Positions 34,255 to 46,080 of a stretch of DNA of 64,000 nt are shown here, piece by piece; the stretch's first letter is position 1; every line of letters begins with the position of its first letter. Origin of the DNA: Anthoceros angustus (lineage: Eukaryota > Plantae > Anthocerotophyta); assembly GCA_010909165.1 (NCBI GenBank), contig MU008184.1, positions 558,001 through 622,000 on the forward strand, in the 5' to 3' direction. The notes below the pieces were generated by a model. That model saw only the letters and a list, made by a program, of their open reading frames with translations, did no database searches and was not told the origin of the DNA. The position numbers were made by a program, and so were the translations under genes.

Positions 34255-37200
34255 CTACCCGACCACAAAGCTATGCACCAGTCCGTCCATGTCTGTCCAC
34301 CAGCTTTGGCCTGGCTGTTTCCATGCCCCGATTCTTCTCCTCCTCGCCTGCACCCCTTTGGCCTCTTCCCACATCTGGGCACCAATGAATATATTCGACA
34401 TCAACACGTATGCTGAGGCATCATTTTCGTCCAGCTTCAGTGCTTCGTCAAAACAAAAGCGTCCCACCTCTACGTTGCTCCACTTTTGACAAGCACCTAA
34501 CAGAGCGTGCCAGGCATCAGGAAGCTGAACCGGCATTGCCCTTACCGCTGCTAGTCCCTCCTCAAGTTGGCCTGCACGGCCCAGGAGATCCACCATGCAT
34601 GTATAGTGCTCTGAAGTGGGCGTGATGCCATAGTCTCTGCTCATAGCCTCAAAGTAATCACGCCCCTTGTTCACTAGACCCGCATGACTGCATGCAGTTA
34701 GTAGACTGAGGAACGTTATCCCATTTGGCAGTATGCCATCCTCGCCCATTTTCTGAACCAAGTCAAAGACTACCGCACTCTGTCCTTGCCGGCTGTATCC
34801 TGCAATGAGAGCATTCCAGGCGACAATATCTCGTCCACACATTGTGTCAAACACCTGCTGTGCATCGGCCATGCTGCCACACTTAGCATACATGTTTACT
34901 AAGCTGTTGCTTACAGTCACATCTGTCCGGAGCCCCTGATCTTCAATCTGTGCATGAAGCTGCCTTCCCACATGCAGGGCTGCCAATCCTGCACATGCTT
35001 GCAGGAGGCAAACAAATGTCACAGAATCGGGTGCAGTGGTGCCTTCTTCTTCCATAGCACCGTAAAGAAGAAGGGCTTCCTGACCCATTCCCTGCTGGGA
35101 GTACCCTGCTATGAGAGCTGTCCATGTCACCACATCCTTCTGACCAAGTCCACTGAACACATTCTGAGCATCCTCTATGCTGCCACACTTTGCATACATG
35201 TTCACCAAATTGTTTCCTACAGTCGCATGAGTTTGAAGTCCCTGTGCTTGAATTTGTGCATGAAGCTGCTTACCTGTCTCCAAAGCTTGAGGACCCAGAT
35301 TTGCACATGCCTGTAGAAGGCACACAAATGTCACCGAATCGGGTGTAACAATCCCATCTTCCTTCATACGATTGAAAAGATGCAGAGCTTCCTTGTCCAT
35401 ACCCTGCTGGGAATATCCTGCTATTAGGGCGGTCCATGTAACCACATCTTTTTCACCAAGACCCTCAAACACACTCTGTGCATCCTCTAGACTGCCACAC
35501 TTTGCATACATGTCTATCAAATTATTTCCTACAGTTAATTCAACTTGAAGTCCTTGTTGTCCAATCTGTGCATGAAGCTGCTTCCCTGTCTCCAAAGCAG
35601 GCGCACCCACACTTGCACATGCTTGCAGGAGGCACACCAGCGTCACAGAGTCGGGTGCAGCAACGCCTTCTTCTTGCATGGCACTGTAAACATGAAGGGC
35701 TTCCTGACCCAAACCCTGCTGGGAATATCCTGCTAATAGGGCAGTCCATGTCACCACATTCTTTTCACCAAGTCTGTCAAATGTGCTCTGAGCATCCGTT
35801 AGGTCGCCACACTTCGCATACATATTTACTAGGCTGCTTCCTACAACCACATCAGCCTCAAGTCCTTGTTGTCGTATCTGTGCATGAAGCTGCTTTCCCT
35901 TCTCCAAAGCTGGGGTACCCAGACTCGCACATGCCTGCAAGAGGCATGCAAATGTCACAGAGTTGCATGCAACGATGCCTTCTTCCTGCATAGCACTGTG
36001 AAGACGAAGGGCTTCCTGACCCATGCCCTCCTGGGAATATCCTGCTATCATGGCATTCCACATCGAGACATCTTTCTGACCAAGCCCGTCAAAAACTCTT
36101 TGAGCATCTCCTAGGCTGCCACACTTTGCAAACATGTTTATCAAACTGGTGGATACTAGCACGTTAGAATGAAGACCCTGTTCTTCAATCCGCGCCTGGA
36201 GCTGCTTCCCTGTTTCGAGAGAAGGTGCACCCAAACCTGCACATGCCTGCAGGAGACATGCAAATGTGATGGGATCGGGTGCAACAATGCCTTCTTGTTG
36301 CATCGCACCGTGCAGACGAAGGGCTTCCTGACCCATGCCCTGCTGGGAATATCCTGCTATCATGGCGTTCCACGTCACTATATCCTTGTACAGGAGCCCG
36401 TCAAACAGTCTTTGAGCGTCTTCCAATCTGCCACACTTTGCATACATGTCTACCAAGGAGTTAAGAACAAACAAATCAGGCTCGGTCTCACTGGCCAACA
36501 CATCAGCATGCACCTGTTTCCCAGCTTTGAAGTCTGCTTCCCTTGCACATGCCTGTAAGGCTGCCACAAACACATGGCCATCTGGCTTCACACTGGACCT
36601 GCGCATCTGACTATACAGTTTTATGCCCTGCATAGCTTGTCCTTGTTTAACATGCGCAGAAATTATGGCAGACCACGTGAAAGCATCCGGTTTAGAAACC
36701 ACGGTGAACACATCCATCGCTTCTTGCAACCTGGCATGAGACACATACATCCGCAAAATGTGATTGCACAAAAACGTGTCCGACTCATAGCCCCCTTTCA
36801 CGGCGAGACCATGAACACGGCGACCCAGAATTATTTCCTTCTTAACCACGCAAATTTTCAGCACAGCATAGAAGAGAGATTTGGGCAGGGGACATGCTCT
36901 CTCCACCAGAACTCCCAGAGCCTCGACAGCTTCGATGATCCGTCCCTGCTGGCATAATTTGCTCACAACTTCAGTCAGCCCACCAATGTCGTCTCCTGCT
37001 GACGTCTGGGGTTGGTCAGCATCATCCGACAAGCTCAATGAGGATGTAAGGGCACGCCAGCCGATCTGCTTACACAGAGCAGACATGGCTTCTGTTTGAC
37101 GGGCTGAAGGCCTTGAAAGGCTGGTGCCCCTGCCGGCCTCCTTGTCTGCCAGCAGATGGCTGGTTAAAGCCAGTCGAGCGGGAGCTCTGCCTGGAATGCC

Positions 37201-37335
37201 TGTTAACCCACCGATGGTGAATTCTTGGGTCCTGAGAAACAAATCCTGTTGGCCTCGGTGTGTAACAAGGGCAATGGTTTTGCCAGCCATGACCCTCAAA
37301 GGATCTGGAACAATCTGTGGAATAGTTGTAGACAC
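34255..37335 (-). CDS. PLS-class PPR protein, paralog with one extra triplet, ending inside E+
   Basis: Intronless 1026-aa ORF with 6 xxKCG S motifs. Ends KQPGQSWWTDMDGLVHSFVVG*. Confidence 0.92.
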   Translation of the reverse strand: MSTTIPQIVPDPLRVMAGKTIALVTHRGQQDLFLRTQEFTIGGLTGIPGRAPARLALTSHLLADKEAGRGTSLSRPSARQTEAMSALCKQIGWRALTSSLSLSDDADQPQTSAGDDIGGLTEVVSKLCQQGRIIEAVEALGVLVERACPLPKSLFYAVLKICVVKKEIILGRRVHGLAVKGGYESDTFLCNHILRMYVSHARLQEAMDVFTVVSKPDAFTWSAIISAHVKQGQAMQGIKLYSQMRRSSVKPDGHVFVAALQACAREADFKAGKQVHADVLASETEPDLFVLNSLVDMYAKCGRLEDAQRLFDGLLYKDIVTWNAMIAGYSQQGMGQEALRLHGAMQQEGIVAPDPITFACLLQACAGLGAPSLETGKQLQARIEEQGLHSNVLVSTSLINMFAKCGSLGDAQRVFDGLGQKDVSMWNAMIAGYSQEGMGQEALRLHSAMQEEGIVACNSVTFACLLQACASLGTPALEKGKQLHAQIRQQGLEADVVVGSSLVNMYAKCGDLTDAQSTFDRLGEKNVVTWTALLAGYSQQGLGQEALHVYSAMQEEGVAAPDSVTLVCLLQACASVGAPALETGKQLHAQIGQQGLQVELTVGNNLIDMYAKCGSLEDAQSVFEGLGEKDVVTWTALIAGYSQQGMDKEALHLFNRMKEDGIVTPDSVTFVCLLQACANLGPQALETGKQLHAQIQAQGLQTHATVGNNLVNMYAKCGSIEDAQNVFSGLGQKDVVTWTALIAGYSQQGMGQEALLLYGAMEEEGTTAPDSVTFVCLLQACAGLAALHVGRQLHAQIEDQGLRTDVTVSNSLVNMYAKCGSMADAQQVFDTMCGRDIVAWNALIAGYSRQGQSAVVFDLVQKMGEDGILPNGITFLSLLTACSHAGLVNKGRDYFEAMSRDYGITPTSEHYTCMVDLLGRAGQLEEGLAAVRAMPVQLPDAWHALLGACQKWSNVEVGRFCFDEALKLDENDASAYVLMSNIFIGAQMWEEAKGVQARRRRIGAWKQPGQSWWTDMDGLVHSFVVG

Positions 37336-37789
37336 AGGCAGCAGACAGTAGGCTCACGTTGCATTGCACAGGGTGCAGGGACAAGCATCCATCATGAACT
37401 CCATCATTACTCCCTTGTGCTATACACCCTGTAAACAAATAAAGCGAAAACAGCCAATCTCGTATGCCGTCGTCACGGCAGCACCGTGCAGATGTGAGCC
37501 GGGTTCGAATCGCCGTCGTAAAAGCTTGCGAATGATGTCCAAAAGCGCTGTCCATCACGAACACTACGAAGATCACCAGCAAGCTTATAAGCATACTGGC
37601 TTACATAAGCGGGACACGGATGTGATGCCAGGTTATCCATCTTGACGGGCCTGCGGGTTCTGCTCCATGACATCGCGGTACACACAGGACTACTATCAAG
37701 CTTGTGCGTACCTTCGAGCACAGAAAGGAATCGCTTTGGCCTGGACCAAAACCAGCTTGTCCAGACCGACATAACTGCTGCAGGCGTGT

Positions 37790-37865
37790 TCAACGCCACA
37801 GCAACGGATGCTTGGAGCATCTTCGAGACTGGTACGAAAAATGTTGTAACATGGACTGCCGTGCC
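37790..37865 (+). pseudogene. Small inverted PPR-motif remnant
   Basis: Translates TDAWSIFETGTKNVVTWTA, resembling the S/P junction DAQSVF..LGEKNVVTWTA of the neighbouring PPRs. Confidence 0.35.
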
Positions 37866-38168
37866 TTCGACAGTTCTCGCAATGCCTAGAATCCTGCCAA
37901 AAAAAAAAATTCGTCGTGACCCTCGGGATTTCTCTTCGTTGTCCTATGCTAGATGAGCTCTCCCCATCAGTTTTGCGCAGCAAACTTCCCTCGTGTATCT
38001 AGCCGTACACATATGCTTTAAATACCATAAAAGTCGTCTTTATAACCGGTGGTTTACACTGGGTAACAGCACAAGTAAAAACGACAAATGTATCAGGCAT
38101 TCCCATTCAAGCATAAGTCACTACGGAAGTCACTACAGCAGGCAACTTGATTATGAAGAGGGCACAGC

Positions 38169-38432
38169 CGTGGTGGTTAGTGTGCCTGCTATACAGGCTC
38201 CACGGTGATGAGCGGATGCTAGTACACACAGGAGTACACACACATGCGCATAGCGTTAGTTAGGCAGACTTATAGTTTTAAGTAACATCACCAACCAATG
38301 CGTGGTGGTTAGTGTGCCTGCTATACAGGCTCCACGGTGATGAGCGGATGCTAGTACACACAGGAGTACACACACATGCACATAGCGTTAGTTAGGCAGA
38401 CTTATAGTTTTAAGTAACATCACCAACCAATG
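38169..38432. repeat. 132-bp direct tandem duplication
   Basis: cgtggtggttagtgtgcctgctatacagg...caccaaccaatg occurs twice. Confidence 0.9.
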
Positions 38433-38884
38433 CACATAGGAGGACAACCGGTAGTTAGCCAAGTAGGGACTTGAACATCCCTCATACTTTCAAGCTTTGT
38501 ATCCCTCCAGTGGCACCAAGACCCTGTAGTGAGCATGCACACATTCAAACAATAACATGGCTGATTAGGCCCATGGCCAGAAGCATGGAGCTAACAACTC
38601 CGTATTGAAATAAGAAAGGGGTCAAGCCCCATACATTGCCCAGTCTCCCTTATAAGTGTTGGAGCCACTATATGTAGTGGCTACGCTGTTATAAAAATAT
38701 CTGCCCTCAACGTCTTGGCGCCCTTCTGTGGCTTAGGATCCTCTGCATCCTGGAATAAAGCTAGCTATGGCCACTCACCCTATATTTGAAAGCAACTAGC
38801 TGGCCTGCTTGTAGCCATTGTCTGTATCAAAACGTCTTATCACACACACATTGGCACACGCGGTTGTAGCCTGGATCCTCTCCC

Positions 38885-39810
38885 TTAGATTGGAAAATCT
38901 ACTTCAACATCTGACTCACTCTCTTCGTAAGCAGATACTTTAGAGTCTCCCTCTGAATTGCTAGCCCCCATGCCGATTTTCTTTGGTTGCCATGCCTTGA
39001 CTTGAATGCAATGTGCTGCTGGGCCAATTTCCAGTATCCCGGTATCCCAGTGGTGGTTTCCTTTTACCAGCTCCAGCCAAGGCTGCCCAAGGATCACTCC
39101 GTACGCGATTGATCCGCTCTGGCAATTCTACCATTGTGAAAGCCATGTATACCTTGATGCCTTGCACAACAACTTCGACATTCTCCTGCGCGCCTATTAC
39201 TGGAAGCTTGGTGTTCGACGCATCTTTGAACATTGTCCTGCAGGTAAGCTTCCTCGCTCCTCCAAGCCCCAGATCATCTAGCCAACTAGCGTTGATCAGA
39301 TTAGTCGAGGACCCACCATCAACAACAGCATGAGATACTTCAAAACCATTAATCCATGCAGACACAGCAGGCGAATCATTCTTCCTAAGCCATCCAGTCA
39401 AATTTCTCGACGATCTAGATTTGCCTATCACCTTAAAGGCAATAGTTGCGGTGACGTCTTTTGCTTTCGCCTTTCCTTTCTTTGATTTGGATTCGCGTGT
39501 GCTCAGGGCGGCAGTCATCTCCCGTCTGGAAGTGGGCAAGATGCTGAACAATTGTATGAACGTCATCTTTACTTCTCGATCAGCGATGTCTTCTACAAGG
39601 GAGTATGTGGGAACTCCTCGAGCTATAGGCGGCACGGCAGCACCCTTCTGCCTTCATCTCCTGGTTTTGGCAGCTGCATCAACGTCCTCCATCTCCACTT
39701 CGGGGCCGGTCACCACCCTCTCCTTCTTCGCTATCTTTCCTCTAGGCTTCGAGACAGCATCTTCATCATCAGATTCCCGTGCAGGCTTACCTTCAACAAG
39801 GTCTCCTTAG
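38885..39810 (-). mobile_element. Ty3/gypsy LTR-retrotransposon remnant (gag end + aspartic protease)
   Basis: AWINGFEVSHAVVDGGSSTNLI (retropepsin), followed after a frameshift by MILGQPWLELVKGNHHWDTG. No RT or IN is seen. Confidence 0.75.
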
Positions 39811-41299
39811 GGCTAGTGACACACTCCACTTTCCGGAGACGGGCCAAATATGTTATCAAAATTTGCACTTAAGAAAACTCGAAACGTTGATTTTGAGGGT
39901 TTGTGGGAAACGCGCTAAAAATACCATGCACAAGACACCCAAACCCATTCCACTTCATCAAAACTTGAAATTTATTGGCAATATTTCCACACCTCGATGT
40001 CTCATGGTTAAACAAAAGAGGCATTCGGGAGAAAAGTAGAGATCCTTATAAATTTATGGCGTGCGAGACTAGAACATTTATTTAGGCTTTATTTCAATCG
40101 TCACTTTTGGGATACATTACGACCAAAGCTACCTTTACAACCGGCATATGGAAAAGTGTAGACCGTCATGTTACACAATTGGATGTAATGCATCACTAGC
40201 GGGCTCACTGTTTGTGGGCCTTAGGGTTATTCATGTAAAATACATGGAATAATATTATTCAAATATACATCCCCAAGGTACAAAGTATATCTGATGAATA
40301 CATTTCGCTAATAAAGTATTGGAAAACCGATATGGTGTAGTTCATATAACCGCCTCTAGTCCATGCCATGTGACATTGGCGTTGGCTCATAGCCACCGGC
40401 TGTCCGTGACGGACAAAACATTCCGAATCGGCATTCCCCAAACTCAAACCCCGTTTCCGCTTCACACTTGGCGGCACCATGGCTTGCACATCGACGCTAA
40501 AACTTGACATACACAAAATCATGTGATTGCGTCCCCAACTCGACCCGTGAAGCCACGAGAAAGCTACGCATCCAACCCCTCTCCCTCCCTTTCCCTTCCC
40601 CTCCCGCCCGCTTCTAGTCTAGATCGCTTGCAAAAAAACCTAGGTAACCCACTTCACGCTCCTATCTCCATAGTGCTCCTCCGGTTTGCCAAGGGTGTCC
40701 CCATCACTGTCTACGCCACAATGAACAGCCCGTTAGTGCATGCGACAACCATGCTCAACTCTCAAGCGAAAAGGTAGAGGTAAGTGCTTACCCGCCTCCT
40801 CCTTCACTTCCACCGGCTCCCGCTCCCGGCGACAGGCCTCCTCTGCAGAACCTTCATTCGTAAGTGTTGCATGGACTCACGGCATGCAAGGTCACGGAAG
40901 CTCTAAACAATTCTTTGGGACCGGACAGTCCTCGTGCTCTTCCTTCACCCTCCTTCCTCTGACTGTCTGGAGTTGCTGCACCCTTTGTTTCGCCTCCAGG
41001 AACCCCTCCTTTGCTATCCTATAGTCCTCTTCCAGCCCCCTTGGCTTTTCCTACCTCTGCCTGCAGCATCTGGAAAATCTACGATGCTACTGCCACCCTC
41101 TGCATGGAAGGAGATGGCCACAGCCATACCGTCTTTCCCTGCCCACGCCTGCACAGCTGGAGACCCAAATGGCCTCCACACAAGTCCTGGATGGGCAACT
41201 TCCATCCTTCTCCGCCTCGGCCGCTTTGCCTCCACATCCTCCCTTGTGATACGAGGTGGTGACTCGTAGCCACCTCTGCGAGTCCTCATCCGGAAGGGC

Positions 41300-44200
41300 T
41301 GCAAGCAAGGTTAGTTCAAGGAAGGTTGGATGGATGGGACGTAAGGAGGAGGGGCGACATCAAAGGCAAAACCCGGACAACCGAGGTCGGAAGGAGGTGG
41401 AGGAGCATGGCGTGAGGACGGCTCTCGCCGAGGAGGGATGAGCGCGTGCACAAACCACAAAGGAGGTGGAAGACAACCTCTGTGGCGGTGGAAGCAGTGG
41501 AGGAAGACGCTGCTTTTGAGCCCGTCTTGGTACTCACCGTTTCACGGTGTGCGTCCGTCTCAACTGCCACCGAGATCGGACCCCGTCCTGCTTCCACCCC
41601 ATAGTCATTAGGCGGTCCCAACTAGAACCGAAAAAACATTGGCGCACTTGCTGCGGCATACATACCTTGCCACGGACATCCTGGTGTGACCATCCTCCGG
41701 GAACACTTCACACCGCAAGGTCGAACATAGATGACGCATGATCACCATTGAAACCTCGCGACTGCTACTCTCAATCGGACAAAACCACCGTAACATTGTT
41801 AGAAAATTAGAGCACCATTCATTGCTGGTTTCGACATAGTCGCCGCTTACATGCTCGGACATTATCACACCGTCAACTTCCTACAACAGAGATGATGCCG
41901 ATGGCAAGTCGTTAAACCTTTCCACGAAAAGACGAAAACAATCCATCGCATTCAAGCCCGAGGGGACATAACATTCTGGTACAAGGCGGAAAGTTGACAA
42001 TATTAGGTTGCCTCGTCGGCTCCTCTCCAGTCCGACCATCCACCGGTCCACCACCACGTCGTGGACTCATCCGTTGATTCCACATTGTCGAGGTCTTCCG
42101 AGTCAATCATGTCTTGGGCATGACATTCGTGTCACCGGCGGAAGTCTCGCCGGTTCATCACCGGCTCGACGCAACTCAAAGACTTTGGTCTTTATCGCCT
42201 TCATTGTCGCCCTCGCAACGCCTTGTTCCTTGTCACAAATCATAGGCCAGCACATTTGTCTCGGAAGTTGAGGCTTTGCAAATGCTTCTCCCGACGCCTC
42301 GCCTCCATTCTTTGATCGCCGCATTTTTTCCCTCGACCGTGGGCGCTTCCGTATCACAAACTCCTCCATGTACCTTCCTCGAATGCATCATTGTTCTCTC
42401 CGCCACCAATGAACTATCATGAAAGGGACCCCGATCATGGTCCACCTCCACCACTTTTGCGAGCCGTAATGGTCTCGCCCTGGATCATCCCGGCTTGGAC
42501 AGCAACCATCATTCCCTCCTCAATCTCCTTCACACAACCTCGACCGAGCCTCGCCTTGCCCTCCCTCCGCACTGATGTGCCCTGTACACCTCCACCATGT
42601 CCAAAAATCCGTCGGCCATTGCAGGATCAACCAAAGTTGAGTCCGGAGGGTCTGGTGTGGTACCTCGCTTTTCTTCATCGCGAGTGTACCAAGACCATTC
42701 ATCTCCAACGGAATGGAATGCCACCGCTAGTCTCTCGGCTATTGCTACTGCTCATCCCGAACGTATCCCACCATGATAGTTGCTCCACATTCATATGTCG
42801 CTGGTGCGTTCTAGGCCCGCTTTTACTTCATGGACTCCGCCACTACACTACCACTACGCCATCGCTTGAGACTATCGTCATTGACACGGACATCGGGGCA
42901 TCCTTCCGCTTTGCATGTCCCTTTCCTTTACCTTGGGCATGTGATGGGACCAACGGCAACAATGGAGCGCCACAATCACCCGTGGTGGCACCTGAACGTA
43001 ATAGCGCACACCACCCTCCGGTGACCGTGATCGAACTTGAAAACTCCTTGCATCTTAGCACGATCCGTCCTCTCCGATAGCGCTTCTCCTTGTTATTTTG
43101 AACCGGTGTTGAAAATCGTGATTATGCAAGTCATACGTTGCGACGATCCCCTTCGGCCATAGATAGGTCTTGAAGTCCGCACCTCCTTCAAGATGTGAAT
43201 CATGGTGATGGGGTGTACGCCCGCTCCAAAGAACCCTATCATTTCGGCAATGTGAAAGCATCCTTCAACCCTAGCACAACCGAGAACCTCGAAAACATTT
43301 GGTCAATCGATCGTGGGTATGGCCAACAAGAAGAAACCCCACCTTGATTTTTGAAGATACCTTTCGCCACAAGCATGGATGATATGCCAATACCTCGATT
43401 CTTGTTTTGAGCAGTGTTGTCCATCCGCAAGTATAGAATAGGGGAGCGGCCCTCCGGTATTGATAACATGTGAATCACGGCCAGCTTCGGATCATTTCTC
43501 ACATTCGAAACTCAAATACACTGTGCGCACCAAGTAGTTGAACACCAGACACCTAGAACGTGAAGCCCGACAAGGGCTCCGGAATCAACCGTCTTTGGCA
43601 ATCTGAATGGGGCAACTCGCTTTTTTGGTCCATACCATCTATGGCAATACCAATGAACTTAGCCGCCCAAGCACTTGTGCGGTGCCGCGCCATTTTCGCG
43701 CTCCTTCGTTGTTGTTCTCTGGAGTCGGCTCCACATTCTTGTCTGCACACGCAACAATAAGGCGTCGACAATGTGCACACGGTTTGTTTCAAGCCCGCCT
43801 TCATTCGCAAGAAAAGGGTATGAGGCCATGGGTTGCGCCAAAGTTCGGCGGACATCCGGTGACCGCTGGAATAAGGACCGCCATCTCACCTTGTACGTGG
43901 TCCGACCGCCTTTTATTTTCCTCTTTAGGTCATCGCATCTGACAGATCGAAAACCGTTGCAGTGGTATTTTAATGACCGGAAATACTTCATCCAAAGCTT
44001 GCAAAAGTAGTCAGAATAAACGTGGGAGCACATCGACCGTTTCGCTGCTGGCATACTCAATGAAGATCTCCTCTTTGTATGAAGTCGGCACCTCCTTGAT
44101 GTGAATCTGCGGTGATGGGGTGTCGCCCGCTCCAGCAACCCTATCATTTCGGGCAATGTGAAAGCATCCTTCAACCCTAGCACAACCGAGAACCTCGAAA

Positions 44201-45950
44201 ACATTTGGTCAATCTGATCGTGGGTATGGCCAACAAGAAGAAACCCCACCTTGATTTTTTTGAAGATACCTTTCGCCACAAGCATGGACAGATATGCCAG
44301 TACCTCCTGATTCTTGTTTTGAGCAGCTGTGTTGTCCATCTGCAAGTATAGAATAGGGGGGAGCGGCCCCTCCCAGGTATTGATAACATGCTGAATCACG
44401 GCTACAGTTCCATTCGGATCATTTCTCACATTCGGGAAACTCAAATACACTCTGGTGCGCACCAAGTAGTTGAACACCAGCACACCTAGAACGTGAAGCC
44501 CGACAAGGGCTCCGGAATCAACCGTCTTTGGCAATCTGCGGTAATGGGGCAACTCTGTTTTTTTTTGGTCCATACCATCTATGGCAATACCAATGAACTT
44601 AGCCGCCCAAGCACTTGTGCGGCGCGCCATTTTCGCGCTCATACATTGTTGTTCTCTGGAGTCGGCTCCACATTCTTGTCTGCACACGCAACAATAAGGC
44701 GTCGACAATGTGCACATGGTTTGTTTCAAGCCCGCCTTCATTCGCAAGAAAAGGGTATGAGGCCATGGGTTGCGCCAAAGTTCGGACATCCGGTGACCGC
44801 TGGAATAAGGACCGCCATCTCACCTTGTCGTGGTCCGACCGCCTTTTATTTTCCTCTTTAGGTCATCGCATCGCACAGATCGAAAACCGTGGTATTTTAA
44901 TGTGAAATACTTCATCCAAAGCTTGCAAAAGTAGTCAGAATAAACGTGGGAGCACATCGATCCGCTCGCATACTCAATGAAGATCTCCTCTTTCGTATGA
45001 GTCGGCAAGTTGAAGACTTCCCGATTCGGCGATCTTTCCCGACCTTTGAAGAAAACGCCCATCCACATGATGTAATCCATATGGCGTTGGCTGCTTTGCG
45101 AGACCGTAGCCTACGGTCCATCTAACATTTTTCACTACCCTGGTTTGCATTCTTGTATCTTAGTGACCCAATGCGTAAAACCCGATGTAAAGCCCTCACA
45201 CACACTGCTTTCTTCCCATGTGGAATCCGGTTTATCCATACTATGGGCAACAACTCCTCTTCGCCTTCGATCGATCCAGATGGTCTTGCAAATGCGCCCT
45301 GCTCTCCTTTTGTCATGCGGAAGAATGCTACGAATCACCTTCAATTTGAATGGCCAACACGCCTAAACATTTTTGTCACAACAATGCCGCTTTAAATCGG
45401 CGCACAACTTGGCCCTGGAACAATGCTTCTCTAAGACCAAATCCATTCTAGCTCTGGCCGGAGGTACTTTACGCTTGGCAACGTCAGTGCAGTTCGTTGC
45501 ACGCAAATCCTCACCTTTTGGCTTCGGATGTGCGCGAGGCATCATCTCAGGCAACTCCAACTGGATGGCATCACAATCACCAAACAAAGATCCGGGACCA
45601 CGGACCACATTAGCTCTTGGACGACTCCCACTGCAACTCCGCCATCACCCGCGTGCGATATTGTTTCCAAGCCAAGCCCAAAATCAACAATGTGGATCTT
45701 CTCACCAAAGTCCGAGACTCGCAACACTCTCCACATCGTAGTCTTGCCCGGTGTTCTGCACGGTGTAGCACATTCTCGATAGTATTCTGGACCCGCCCAC
45801 AAAGATCCGCCGGAGGGCCGACCTTGTCGCCGGCGGGCGTCCGGTGTTATCCGCGGCCGCCCAATGCGCCGAGGTACATCTTCGCGATGCGCCGCCATCG
45901 TGATCCAAGAAGTCCGGATGGATAGTTCAGTGCCGCCTCGTGGTGGCACA
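41300..45950 (-). mobile_element. Degenerate Sola-like DDD transposase gene A (DUF7869-type, by motif recollection)
   Basis: Cys-rich N-terminus, YFCKLWMKYFRSLK, FIGIAIDGMDQKKTELPH, PPILYLQMDNTAAQNKNQEVLAYLSMLV and KVGFLLVGHTHDQIDQMFSRFS, giving three putative catalytic Asp. Many frameshifts; element termini not identified. Confidence 0.7.
43178..45007. repeat. ~915-bp tandem duplication of the transposase catalytic core
   Basis: 43178-44090 and 44091-45007 are collinear, with junction gtcggca|cctcc. Confidence 0.85.
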
Positions 45951-46080
45951 CGGCCGGCCGGCCCCGCGCTCGAGCACCGGACATCCGGTTAAGCGTCGCG
46001 AGTTCTTCTTGTGCGATCCTCTCCGCCCGTGATCGCAGATCAGAAAAAGGTCGCCATCACCGCAACCATATCCTCCGTTC

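Noticed and set aside
37495-37515. B-box-like GGTTCGAATC
   Set aside because: No A box or cloverleaf around it.
39905-39930. Possible gypsy PBS (minus strand ca-TGGTATTTTTAGCGCG)
   Set aside because: Only TGGTAT matches a tRNA 3' end, and no paired LTR was found.
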